Assembly (NCBI GenBank): GCA_000004695.1
Contig: CM000151.3
Coordinates: forward strand, 6,784,001-6,848,000
From: Dictyostelium discoideum
Lineage: Eukaryota
Reading direction: 5' to 3'
DNA length: 64,000 nt
Position 1 is the first letter of the stretch. Each line of letters begins with the position of its first letter. Shown one piece after another: positions 1 to 11,914 of this stretch. The notes under the pieces are model-generated. The model saw only the letters and a list, made by a program, of their open reading frames with translations, was not told the origin of the DNA and ran no database searches. The position numbers were made by a program, and so were the translations under genes.

Positions 1-9
1 AATAATCAA

Positions 10-99
<90 letters not shown>

Positions 100-2529
100 T
101 ATAATAATAATAATTATAATAATAATAATTATAATAATTATAATTATAATAATAATAATGTTATTACTAAAAACAATAATAATGTTATTAATAATAATAA
201 TAACTATAATAATAATATAAATAATAATAATTGGAGAAATAATTACAATCGTGGTGTTATTAATCCACCAAGTGGTATAGATAGAATAACGACATCATTT
301 AGAACTAGATTTGCAGGATGGAAAAGAAAGTTGTTAGCCAATGTTAGTTCAGAGGCATCAGAATCACTTTTCCAAAATAAATCTAATGAATGTGAACAAA
401 TGGCAAGAATGGAATGGATTAAATTTAAAATGGTATCACCTGATGCAGTGGTGAATATTAATGATTTTTGTAATCTTGTCTATAGTACATTTGGTGGTAC
501 AAATGCAAAACCAGATACCCTAAGCAATGTCAATGGTAATAATCCAGTGATTCTATTATGTAAAACTTTATTACAATGGACACCAAACTTTTGGAGGGAA
601 AATATAGTTGAAAGATTACCAACACTTCAAGAAGAGATCAGTAGCTTTTCAAAGACTTTACTCTTTGAAACCAATAAATTACTTTTAAACAGAATCACCC
701 TACCAAATGATGAAAAGAATTATTTAATGAAAGTGTTGCATTATTGTCAAGCTGCCACCGATCGTAATATTAGTTCAAAGATTAGTGGTGTTCAAACTTT
801 ATTCAATCAAAATATGAATTTAATCATTTATAATACTTGTTTGGATACTTTTTGTTCAGAGGTTACAAATATTAAATTTCAACAATCATCAGTAAACTAT
901 CATCTCATAATGGAAAGCTGTTTCTCTATCATTCCATACGCTGTCTCTACTAAAATTCAACAAAAACTAATTGAAATTTTACGTCAAGGTTTATCTTATC
1001 TAGATTCAATTGAAAAACATATTGAATATACTATTCAGTATTTATTAAATTCACCTTTCCGTATAAAACGTCAACAACAATTAAAACCATCAATTGATGT
1101 TTCCGATTCAGTTATTGAAAATTATGTTAATTTAGTTAATCCAATAACAAAACAATCACCATTAAAATCTCAATCACAACAAACTACTACAACTACAACT
1201 ACTACAACAACTACTACAACTACTACTACAACTTCTTCACCATCTAATTCACCAAAATTGTCAACTGATGAAATGGATATTGAAACTCCAAATAAAAAAA
1301 TTAAATCTGATAACTCTGTAAATAATATTAATAATACAACCGAAACAACTCCAACTGAAACTTCTCCAAATAATAGTAGTAATGTAATACCAACTCCAAT
1401 GATTATTAATAATCAAACCACCACAACAACAACAACAACATCATCAACAATATCAAATAATAATAACACTAACAATAATAATAATAATAATAAACCAATG
1501 TTTGATAATGGATCATGTAATTATATACCAAAACAAATTTTACCACCACAAACTGCAGACTCATTAATTCAAATTTGTGTTGGTAAAATTGTACAAAACA
1601 TTCATTCTTTAACATCAGTAAAAGGTACAACAATACCAGAGGAAATCTTACAAAAGATTATTACATTATTAATTAGTCAAGATAAAATTAAGGGTGGTAG
1701 TAATGATCCAATAACCAATCAATTGGATGATAGTTTATTAGCAAGATTATTAAGTCCATTCATGCAATCATTAGATTTAGAGGGTGCAAAATTCTTATCG
1801 ACAATATCATTGAAAACCATTGGTTCAACTTGTTCACAATTAAAGAAACTTTCATTGGCAAATTGTATCAATATACCAAGTGATGCTTTAAATTCAATTA
1901 GTATGAGTTGTAAGAATTTAGAGGTTATCATTTTGAAAGGTTGTTATCAATTATCAAATCCTGGTATAGTTTCTTTGGCAAGAGGTTGTCCAAACCTTTA
2001 TGTTGTGGATCTTTCTGGTTGTATGAAAATCACTGATTTTGCAATTCATGAATTACTACAAAATTGTAAACAACTTCATACATTGGATTTAAGAAAATGT
2101 GTAAATCTAACTGATGGTGCCTTTCAATCATTTAATATCACAACATTGGCCAATATCGATTTATTAGAGTGTAACTATATATCCGATCAAACTATATTCA
2201 ATATTTGTTCAACTAGTCGTAATCTATTATCAATAAAACTCTCTGGAAAAGGTATTACCGATCAATCCTTAAAGAAAATCTCTGAAAATTGTCAATCACT
2301 TACAAATTTAGATTTAGTACTTTGTGAAAATATAACTGATCAAGGTGTTCAACTTTTAGGAAAAAATTGTTTAAAATTATCTTCAATCAATTTATTTTCT
2401 TCAAAAAATTTAACTTCTTCAGTATTTGATGAAACAATTAATAATAATAATAATAATAATAATAATGTAAATAATAATAATAATAATAACAATATTGTAA
2501 ATAATAATAATAATAATAATAATAATTTA

Positions 2530-2560
<31 letters not shown>

Positions 2561-3557
2561 TGATAATTAATATATTTAATCAACAAAGTTGGTCATCATT
2601 AACTTCATTAAATTTAAATCGTTGTATTACAATTAATGATACATCAATTCTTACAATTACAAATCAATCACCATTATTGGAAACACTTATTTTAGCAATG
2701 TGTACTGATATTTCCGATGAAAGTGTAATTACAATTGCTCAACGTTTAAAGAATTTAAAGAATATTGATTTAACAAAGTGTACTCAAATTAGTGATCGTG
2801 GTGTAATTGAAATTGCAAAACAATGTAAACAAAATTTAAATCGTTTAATTTTGGTTAGTTGTACTCAAGTAACTGATGCATCGATTATTGAGGTTGCAAA
2901 TCAATGTTCCTCATTGATTCATTTGGATTTATCTCAATGCGAAAAGATTACCGATCAATCTTTATTAAAAGTTTCACAAGGACTACGTCAACTTCGTATT
3001 CTTTGTATGGAAGAATGTATCATTACAGATGTTGGTGTCTCTTCTTTGGGTGAAATCTCTGAAGGTTATGGCTGTCAGTATTTAGAGGTCATCAAATTTG
3101 GTTATTGTCGTTTCATCTCTGATTCCTCATTGATCAAGTTGGCATTTGGTTGTCCATTCGTTTCAAATTTAGATTTATCTCAATGTAGTAATTTAATTAC
3201 ACCACGTGCCATTAGAAGTGCAATTAAAGCTTGGCCACGTCTTCACACTTTACGTTTACGTGGTTACCAAAGTTTAACCAATGAATCCATCGTTGAATCC
3301 ACCCCATTGAAATTGAAAACTGTAAATCTTAGTTGGTGTGCCAATATGGAAGATAGTGCTTTGATTGGTTTTCTCAAACAATGCACCGCTATTGAAACTT
3401 TAGATATCTCAAAATGTCCAAAAATTACCGATAATTCTTTGGAATCAATTTTAGATTCTTGTCCTTCAATACGTGTTATCAATGTTTATGGTTGTAAAGA
3501 AATTTCAAGTTTTACTGTTCAAAAATTATCTTCTTTAGGTAAAGCAATTTATAGATA

Positions 3558-3558
<1 letters not shown>
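1..3558 (+). CDS. F-box/LRR-repeat protein (FBXL-type), 5'-partial. The reading frame is open from nt 1 through (AAT)n poly-Asn codons, so the N-terminus lies upstream of the window
   Basis: Frame 1 is open from 1 to 3558. There is an F-box-like segment (IPEEILQKIITLL). There are about 16 cysteine-containing FBXL-type LRRs (LxxCxxITDxxL, e.g. LSGCMKITDFAIHELLQNCKQLHTLDLRKCVNLTD). An internal poly-Asn insert (2440-2570) interrupts the LRR array. Stop TAA at 3556-3558. Confidence 0.8.
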
Positions 3559-3596
<38 letters not shown>

Positions 3597-3819
3597 AAAT
3601 CGATCGACCAAAGATTTAACTAAAAAAAAAAAAAAAAAATTAAATAAAATTTATTTATTTTCAAAAATAAAAATAATTAAATAGTTTATTTTTTAATATT
3701 CAATTTAAAAAAAGTAGTAAATTATATAATAAATAGATTTGTTTTTAATAAATAAATAAATATTTTACAAATTATAATAGCAATATAAATAATATGTTTT
3801 TTTTTTACTATTATAAAAT

Positions 3820-4164
3820 TATGATTTTCCTCTATGACCACCCAAACCCATTCTACTTGTTCTTTTATTTTCATTATCGCTATCTGTATTATTATTATTA
3901 TTATTTTGATTATTATTATTATTTTGATTATTTTGATTATTATTATTATTATTCAAACCAATATTATTTAAACTTCCTTTACCAATTGTTTCAATTAAAG
4001 TTGATTCAGCAATTGTAGTTGTAATTGGAACTAAATTTGATGATGATGATGAGTGTGAATTTAGTAAGTGGGTTGAGGTTAAAATTGATGGTGATGATGG
4101 TGGTGAATTATTAAATTGTATAGTAGGTGTTGAATTTGAAGAAGAAAATTGTGGAGAATTACTA

Positions 4165-4225
<61 letters not shown>

Positions 4226-4678
4226 ATAGTTGTGAAATCTGTTGTTGAGCTACAGAAGTAGGTACAAATGATAAACGTGAATAACTACTTGAAATGGATT
4301 TGCTTTCATTTTCAATTGGAGGTGTTGTTATATTTAAAGAAATCCCTGTTAAACTTAATAATGATAAAAATTGATCTTTTTTTTTTTTTTAATAATTAGT
4401 ATCCAGTCAAAAAAAAAAAAAAATTAAAAAAAATAGAGAGAGAGTAAAGTGCCACAATACTTTACAAAATGTAATTGTTGAATTATTAAAAATTAAAAAC
4501 TTTTCAAATTCTATATTAAAACTATTTAATCCTGTTTTATTGCTTTTATATTGATCAAAATCTTCTTTACATATATATCCCTTTGATTCTAAATCAATTA
4601 AATTAAATATATTTTCAAATATTTTTATCTCTTTTTCATCAAACCTATTACTCTAATTTTTTAATAATTTTAGTTAGT

Positions 4679-4738
<60 letters not shown>

Positions 4739-4781
4739 TTAAAAAAATTTCTGATTCTTTTGATGAAAGTTGGTTGACCAT
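3820..4781 (-). CDS. hypothetical N/Q/S-rich protein with an EF-hand-like N-terminal segment; 3 exons: join(3820..4383,4466..4652,4737..4781)
   Basis: This minus-strand gene is not in the ORF track and was found by reading the reverse complement. Exon 1 (15 codons, MVNQLSSKESEIFLI) ends at a GTAAAA donor. Intron 1 is almost entirely an A55 homopolymer. Exon 2 (SNRFDEKEIKIFENIFNLIDLESKGYICKEDFDQYK...) ends at a GTAAAG donor in phase 1. Exon 3 joins in frame through an (AAT)n poly-Asn tract to the stop at 3820-3822. The frame across the perfect (AAT)n is consistent on both sides. Confidence 0.4.
4681..4735. repeat. T55 homopolymer (A55 on the minus strand), forming most of an intron
   Basis: Visible in the sequence. 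Comparable runs are at 18395-18450 (A about 56), 20585-20630 (A about 45), 22093-22130 (T about 38) and 43872-43915 (A about 44). Confidence 0.95.
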
Positions 4782-5173
4782 TTTTTCTATAATTATATTT
4801 TAAAAATAAAAAAACAAAACAGAAGTTATATTTTTAAAATAAAAAGTAGTGAAAAAAAGTATAAAAATAAAAAAAAAATTGAAAAAAAAAACTGAAAAAG
4901 ATATTTTTTTTTAAAAAAAAAACAATAACTAAATTTTCAAATAATTTTTTTTAAAAAGAAACCCAACAACGTAATTTATTAGATGATCTGAAAAAGATAT
5001 TTTTTTTTTTTTTTTTGAAAATGTTAGAAAATGAATTTTTTTTCATTTTTTTTTTTTTTCATTTTTTATTTTTTATTTTTTTTTTTTACGCAACCAAGCA
5101 CGAACAATAGAAAAAATAATCATACATATATTTTAATAAAAAATAAATATAATAAAAATAATAAATAATTATA

Positions 5174-8100
5174 ATGAATGATGAATATAATGAAAAATTA
5201 TTTTGGAAAGTTTTTAAAAATAAATATTTATTAAATTATATATTAAAAAATAAATGTTGTCATAAAAGTAAAAAATTTAAAACTATTATATCAATAAATT
5301 CAATGTTAAATCATAAACAATATCAACTATTGATATGCAAATTGAAAGCAAATGAAAATTTATACTATGGTATTGATTTTGAAAGTCGGTTTCCCAAAAT
5401 TTTGGAGAATATTGGGGAAATAGATGATTTTGAAGCATTCAAAGAGATACATTCATTGTTATTTTTAAAAGGATATGAACATCATGGTAATAATTATTCT
5501 TGGTATATGAAATTATTAACAAGGTTCGATTTAGGTCCAAAATTTGAAATTTATTTAGATTTACACTTGAAATATTATCAACAGGAATTAAAACAGTATA
5601 TATTAAATAATATGGATGAAGTATTTTATTATTTTGATTCAAAATGTATTAATAAAATTTTAAATTGTTTTCAACAACAATCCATCAGTAATAAACCATT
5701 TACTCTTTCTTCATTTGAAAGAAATCATTTACTTATTAAATTTTTAAATAGAAGTAATCCAAAAGAATTAATGAAAAAGCTTAAAATAATATCTAAAATT
5801 CCAATTTCACCAACTTCACAATTGAAACGTATTGATGAAAATTTAAGATTGAGTTTTGGCTTGTATTTAGAATATTTAAAACAACTAAAACAATTTGGAT
5901 TACAAAATATTCCAACGTTTCTCCTCTGTCAAAAACTGTCGGGTGGAGAATTTAATTCTGAAATTAAAAGATACATAATGAACGATAAAGGAAATTTAGA
6001 GTATTCTTCTTTATCCGTTTATTCAATTTTATTATATTTTAAAATGTATTATAACAGCTATGATTATCGTAGTATACCAAGATCCATTCAAACTCAAATT
6101 GATATAATAATTGAAAATAGTAAACACAGACGTTGTACACCATATCAATCAACTAAACAACTATTTCAACTATTGGCCAGTGAAACCAAATCAATTGCTC
6201 TATATACATTGTATTTAAAAGAGTATGATGAACCAATCGAAACCATTGAAATTAATGAAAAAATTTTACTATATATCATGATAAAAACCTATAGCATCAA
6301 TATATTGAAATTTCTATTGAAAAATCATATAGAAATTGAATCTGAAAAAAATAAATTAATTGATGATTTTGATTTATATGATCTAGGAAAAATATTTAAA
6401 AATAGTAAATTTGATAAAAGAAATATTATTAAATTTTTCAAAGTCTTCTCATCACAAAAATCAATTATTATTAAAAATTTTGATCAAGACAAAGAATTGT
6501 ATCCAATTTCATTTAATCAATTATGTATGTCTAAATGGAAAGAAATTATATCAAATCTAATCGATAAAGATATGATTGTTACAATTAAAGATAAAGAAAC
6601 AATCGATTGGTTATCCGATACAAAAATAGGTGGTTGTAGTTATATAACAATAAGAGATGCTTTAAATTCAAAATTAAAACAATTAAAACTTCAATTTGAC
6701 ACATTGGAACTATTAGATTATGCAAGATTAAAATTAAATCAAATTATTCAAAATTTTGATTCAAATCAAGAAATATGCAATATTCACATTTTACGTACTC
6801 ATGATGATATTGTATCATTAATCAATCGTTTAAACGAATCAAACTTTAAAAATAATGAAGATTTATTTAAATATTATATGGTCCAAATTATTCAATTTGG
6901 TTCAAGAAATTCAATCAAATACCAAAGGTTATTTTGTGATAATTTTGATGAGCTACGTTATAGTGGTACCAAAAGTTTGGATGAATATATTAATACTATC
7001 AAATTTGTTGGCGAAAGGTTTATTGAATCAAGCAATTGTTGTGAAAGTAAACCAGAATATCGTAAAAATGAAAAGCCCCGTAATTACAAAATACCAACTC
7101 AACAAACATGTCAAATAATCAATCTTTCTAAAATTAAAGTCAATGTCAGTCACTTTCCAAATGCAACATCTTATTTATTACAAAAATTTATCCAGCTTTT
7201 GGACATTGACGGTGTTCAATTTATTCTTGATAATTTAAATGGTAATGGAGTAGGAATAGATGAATATTCATTTATTGATACATCTGGTCTCAAGAAATAT
7301 ATCTGTGGATATTTATATAAAGACTTAATGGTTTTTATTCAATTTATAATTGATAAATTCAACCAACACCAATATAATATATCATTATCAAATTTATCAT
7401 TTTCTTTAAATTTCTTATTTTCAAACTTATTAAGAATTAAAAATTTAACTATTGATCAAATCAAATCAGCATATCAATTAATATCCAACTATGTTGAAAT
7501 TAATTGTTCTGATATCCATTCACATTATTATTTAAATACATTATCACCATTGATTGGATCACTTTCTGTTCGTTCTTTCTCAATAGAAAGATTCTGTACA
7601 TATGAAACAGATGCAAAGGTATATACATTTGGATACATTTTTAAAAATAGAGATAATAATGATTTACATCAATTTATCGATTCAACAATCATGGATATTT
7701 TAAAAAAAAAACCATTTAAAAGATTAATATCATTTCATAGTCTACTTGTACATATGTTAGATAATAATAATCCAAGAATTAATTTATTTTTATATTATTT
7801 CAAAATGCAATTAGAGTTTATAAAGACAAATGAAATCAAAGAACCATTTTTACATTATAAACTATTTAAGTTAATAATTAAAACATTTGATTTAGAATCA
7901 TTTATTAAATTAGATAATTTATTACAACAATATAATTTCTATTTTAAAAAAGATGAAGATAGTGATGAAGAAGAATGTGAATATAAAAATTCTAAAAAAA
8001 AACCCAAAACATCAACATCGAATATGGTTGAATGGTTTGGTGTAAATATTTACAAAGATTATTCAGATTATCCAGATATTATTAATTACTTATATAGTAA

Positions 8101-8248
8101 ATATAGTCTTCAATTGGAACCATATTTGGAATACTATGCATTTGATCGTATTAAACAAAAAACCTTTGAACAATACTGTACAAAAATTCCTCACGGAAGG
8201 AGAATAATAAACAAAAAAAGTGGGGCAGAGAGGGTATTTGGTATTTAA
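5174..8248 (+). CDS. member A (most diverged) of a lineage-specific roughly 1,050-aa paralogous protein family; uncharacterized
   Basis: Uninterrupted 1024-aa ORF. It shares with copies at 27793, 31001, 50384 and 55123 the N-terminal motif MN(D/N)EYNEKLFWKVFKNKYLLNYILKNKCCHKSKKFKTI. It shares the central block IVTIKDKETIDWLSD..GGCS(I/Y)..IRDALNSKLKQ.KL.F.T.ELL.YAR.K..Q.I...DSN.E.CNIHILRTHDDIVSLINRLN.SNF. It shares YKIPTQQTCQIINLSKIKVNV.HFPNATSYL and the C-terminal NPRINLFL.YF.M.LE..KTNEIKEPFL.YKLFKLIIKTFDLESFIK.DNLLQQY. Confidence 0.8.
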   Translation: MNDEYNEKLFWKVFKNKYLLNYILKNKCCHKSKKFKTIISINSMLNHKQYQLLICKLKANENLYYGIDFESRFPKILENIGEIDDFEAFKEIHSLLFLKGYEHHGNNYSWYMKLLTRFDLGPKFEIYLDLHLKYYQQELKQYILNNMDEVFYYFDSKCINKILNCFQQQSISNKPFTLSSFERNHLLIKFLNRSNPKELMKKLKIISKIPISPTSQLKRIDENLRLSFGLYLEYLKQLKQFGLQNIPTFLLCQKLSGGEFNSEIKRYIMNDKGNLEYSSLSVYSILLYFKMYYNSYDYRSIPRSIQTQIDIIIENSKHRRCTPYQSTKQLFQLLASETKSIALYTLYLKEYDEPIETIEINEKILLYIMIKTYSINILKFLLKNHIEIESEKNKLIDDFDLYDLGKIFKNSKFDKRNIIKFFKVFSSQKSIIIKNFDQDKELYPISFNQLCMSKWKEIISNLIDKDMIVTIKDKETIDWLSDTKIGGCSYITIRDALNSKLKQLKLQFDTLELLDYARLKLNQIIQNFDSNQEICNIHILRTHDDIVSLINRLNESNFKNNEDLFKYYMVQIIQFGSRNSIKYQRLFCDNFDELRYSGTKSLDEYINTIKFVGERFIESSNCCESKPEYRKNEKPRNYKIPTQQTCQIINLSKIKVNVSHFPNATSYLLQKFIQLLDIDGVQFILDNLNGNGVGIDEYSFIDTSGLKKYICGYLYKDLMVFIQFIIDKFNQHQYNISLSNLSFSLNFLFSNLLRIKNLTIDQIKSAYQLISNYVEINCSDIHSHYYLNTLSPLIGSLSVRSFSIERFCTYETDAKVYTFGYIFKNRDNNDLHQFIDSTIMDILKKKPFKRLISFHSLLVHMLDNNNPRINLFLYYFKMQLEFIKTNEIKEPFLHYKLFKLIIKTFDLESFIKLDNLLQQYNFYFKKDEDSDEEECEYKNSKKKPKTSTSNMVEWFGVNIYKDYSDYPDIINYLYSKYSLQLEPYLEYYAFDRIKQKTFEQYCTKIPHGRRIINKKSGAERVFGI

Positions 8249-8442
8249 AAATATAATTTAAAAATATTTTTATTTTTTGTACAAAAAATTTAAAAATATA
8301 ATTTAAAAAAATAATAAAAAATAATAAAAACAGATAAAGATTTTTTAAATTAAATACAAATATAAATTTATTTTTATTTGGTGTTGTGATTTTATTTTAG
8401 AATTAATTTTATTTTTAATTTTTTTTATCAATTGTTTTTAAT

Positions 8443-11412
8443 TTAAAATAATCCATTATCAACACGTAATTGTTTAGTTTTCCAAGCAGGAGTTTTTTGG
8501 AAGATTTCTTTTGTCATTTTAAAGGTTGATAAAAATTCTTCATCAGAAAGGTACAAGTGAAGACAACTTTTATCAATATCATTTGGTAAATTAGTTTTTT
8601 GTTTTAAAACTGATAATGGATAGAATGTTGTAATTGTAGTTGGTGATGGAGTAGAGGTATTTGTAGTGGTAGCAACTTTAGATGGAGTAGTTACAGTTGT
8701 TGGCTTTAAAGTTACAGCAGGTGTAACTGTTTTTAGAGTAGCTACTGTCGGTGTAGTTATTGGTTTAGGAGTAGTTACTGTTGGTGTAGTTATTGGTTTT
8801 GGAGTAGCTGCTGTTGTTGGTTTTAAAGTAACACCAGAAGTAGGTAACATAATTGGAGAAGCTGGACCACTATTGTTTGAACCAAGGATAGCACTTAATT
8901 TTGATTTATAAGAATCTTGTTGAGTTTTATTAACTTGCCAAGCATGGAAATTAAAAGTGAATTCATGTGGTTCAAAACCATCTTGAATGGTAAAGATTGG
9001 ATCATCTCTTCTATGAGTTGGAGCATTCATAATATACTCGAGAGCAGTTTCATTTGCCATTAATTTTTCAGTATCACTACTTTCTTTACCAACCCAAACG
9101 AAAATTTGTTTTTGATTATCCAAGATCATTACATCATCAGAATCTAAATCATCTTGAGAGAAATCATGAATTTCAAATACTTTGAATACACCACTATTAT
9201 TTGAACATTGGAATAAACGAGTTTTCTTCTCTTGTTCAACGGTTCTCAATTGAGTGTAATAATCTTTTAAGAGTGATAAGGATGAGTTTGTTTCTAAAGA
9301 TTCCCAAAATTCAGAAGTTTCATCACCTTCATCAATCAATTGGAAATTATAACCAGTGAAAACATTTGAAGAAATTTGAAGGGCAGCTTCTTTTTCATCA
9401 GAGTATTTACCAACCCAAATATAGGAAATTGTATTTTTAAAATTAACTAAAATGAAAGAATCATTTGAATCCAATGATGAAATTGCTTTTTCAACTTGAA
9501 TTGAATGAATATTAATTGGCTCAGTACCTCTAACATGATATAAGCCTTGAAGTGATGAAGATAAATTTTCCAATGAAACTTCAGTGGTTGCATTTGGTCT
9601 TGAACCTTTAAAAACAACCATACGACCTTGGAAATGTTCTAAAAAGTGGTTTGGTTCTTTATTTTGAACGGTTCTGACATGAATACAAGAACGATGCAAT
9701 TCTTTACCAACATCTTTAGCCAAAAGAGCAGCGGCACCTTTATCTTCACTTGAACTGAATCTACCTTGCCAATAGTATAATATTGAATTATTTGAGCCAT
9801 CGGCAGCAAATAAAGTAAACAATACTAAATAACAAGATTGATTATAGAATAAACCAAATTCAGATTGAGAAATTTCAAATTTATTACGATTTCTAACATG
9901 CCAAATCTTTAATTCACCTCTATGTTTATCATCGACATGATGAAGAGTTGGAATAGTTGATTTTCTTTCTTCCTTTGAAAGTTGATATTTTTCAGGATTA
10001 TGAAGAGCATCTACATTGATTTTCTCTTGAACTGCTTTGGCAGCAACACCTTTACCTGTGATTGGTTTCTTTTCAAAGTTATCATTAACATATTCACCCC
10101 AACTACCTTTTTTAAATTTATCTTTAAAGAGAGTATTCTCAGAGCCTTGAGTCATCTTTATAATTGGTGTCCAACTTGGTCTATTATCTTCATGTAATAA
10201 ATCCATTGCATTTGCCATTGCAACTGTTCTTTGATCATTTGCTGATGCTTTACCTAACCAAACGTATAATTCGGTTTCACAATCTAAAATATAACAAAAC
10301 TCTGCATTCAATTGAGTGGTTGAATAAACATCACCAATTGGATCGATTAGATGAAGATGTACTTCATAATTTAAATTTTCAACTTGATATAATTTAATTT
10401 GTTCAACCGATTTCTTTTCATAAGCGAAATCATCACCACCTTGTTCAGCTTTTTGAACATCATCTTTGCAACCACCTAATCTCTTCCAAAATTCTGGATG
10501 ATCCTTATCGGTATCATTTTCATCCATAACGATAATCTTTGCTTTTGCTGATTTTTCATCACGTAATCTAATGGTAAGATCTAAACCTTTACCTTTTTCT
10601 AAACGACTTGATTCGCTTCCATTCCATTGATAAATGAAATCCTCACAATCCAATACGAAAACATCGCCACTATTTAATGACTTTGATGAAATATCAACTT
10701 GTTTAACTCTAATATTACGTCTACCCTTAAGGTGGAATAATTTATATTGTTTTGCTGCTGTTGCAATTGCTGCTGATGCTGATGTTAATTTCAATGGTGC
10801 AACATATCTTGGACCACCATAAGATTTAAAGTATGACATAAAAATATCACCTTCTTTACCTTGAAATTCTCTATAAAGAATTGGTTCTGGATAAAATTGT
10901 TCTGAATCAAATTGTTTTTGATTATATTTAATAATTCTTTCAAGTTCTTCAATTCTATCATTACAAAAATTAATTGTTTCTTGTGAATTTATTAATAATT
11001 CACCAATCCAAAAATGAATATTATAAGTTTTAATATTCATATTACCATCATAAAATTGTCCCTATAAAATTTTTTTTTTTTTTTAAAAAAAATAATTAAT
11101 AAATGTATAATTAATTTTAAAAAAAAAAAAAAAAATTAATTAATTACAAACCATTAATAATAAATAAGATTTATTAGTTTCAAAAGTTGAATGATTCACT
11201 TTTGGAACTTTTTGAATTGTTGAATCATCAATAATTTTCCAAATTTCTAAACCAATTTCTTTACCAATTTCATTTATATGACTAAAACATGAAGATTGTT
11301 GTAAATTTTCTCTGTTTTTTTCTGCTTCAATTTCTGCATTTCTTTTGAGGATACCAAATTTTGATGGGATAACTCTTTTTCTTTGTGTTGGTAGTTCAAG
11401 TGGTGGTTCCAT
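8443..11412 (-). CDS. vilB: villin/gelsolin-family actin-binding protein with C-terminal villin headpiece (protovillin-like); join(8443..11061,11152..11412)
   Basis: Exon 1 (ORF 11140-11412, MEPPLELPTQ...GLEIWKIIDDSTIQKVPK...) carries the gelsolin segment-1 signature and ends at ATG|GTTTGT. A 90-nt AT-rich intron ends TATAG. Exon 2 (GQFYDGNMNIKTYNIHFWIG...) runs through the gelsolin repeats, a Pro/Thr-rich linker and the headpiece (LSDEEFLSTFKMTKEIFQKTPAWKTKQLRVDNGLF). The joined length is exactly 959 aa, the reported length of Dictyostelium protovillin. The symbol is inferred from that length and the domain architecture, not from a database search. Confidence 0.8.
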
Positions 11413-11914
11413 TTTAAAAAGTACAATATTTATAAATTTACAATTTTTTTAAATAAAATAAATTAAAATAAAAAAATAAAATAAAATAAAAAGTAAAAAA
11501 ATAAAAAGAAAAAAAAAAAAAATTAAAAAAAAAAAAAAGAATAGGAAAAAAAAAAAAAAAAAAAGAAAAGAAAAAAATTAAAAAAAATAAAAAAAATTTG
11601 AATAAAAATTGATAAATATCTTAATAACCATTTTTTTTAATTTTTTTTGATTTTTTTTTTTTTTCCTTGATTTTTAAAAAAACTTTTTTTCAGATCTTTT
11701 TTTACTAACCGCCGATTCTTTTTATTTGAAATAATCAAAATTTATTTTTATTTTTATTTTATTTTATTTTTTTTTTTTTTTTTTGTTACTTTTAGAAAAT
11801 GGAAAAGTAGATAAACAAGAAATTAAAAAGTTTAATTTTTTTTTTTGAAAAGTTTTATTTATTTTTTTTTTTTTTAGATTGGAAAAAAAAAAAAAAAAAA
11901 TTTATTTATTTTAT

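Noticed and set aside
3794-4018. Tyr-rich 74-aa ORF on the + strand
   Set aside because: It is a wrong-strand reading of (ATT)n/(AAT)n. The opposite strand encodes the N/Q-rich terminal exon of the 3820-4781 gene.
5521-5540. tRNA T-loop-like string aaGGTTCGAtttagg
   Set aside because: It lies inside the copy A coding frame with no acceptor-stem or D-arm complement nearby. No tRNA-like cloverleaf was found anywhere in the window.
8666-8911. 81-aa Val/Gly-rich ORF on the + strand inside vilB
   Set aside because: It is the antisense reading of the Pro/Thr-rich linker (ACN/CCN codons) between the gelsolin core and the headpiece.
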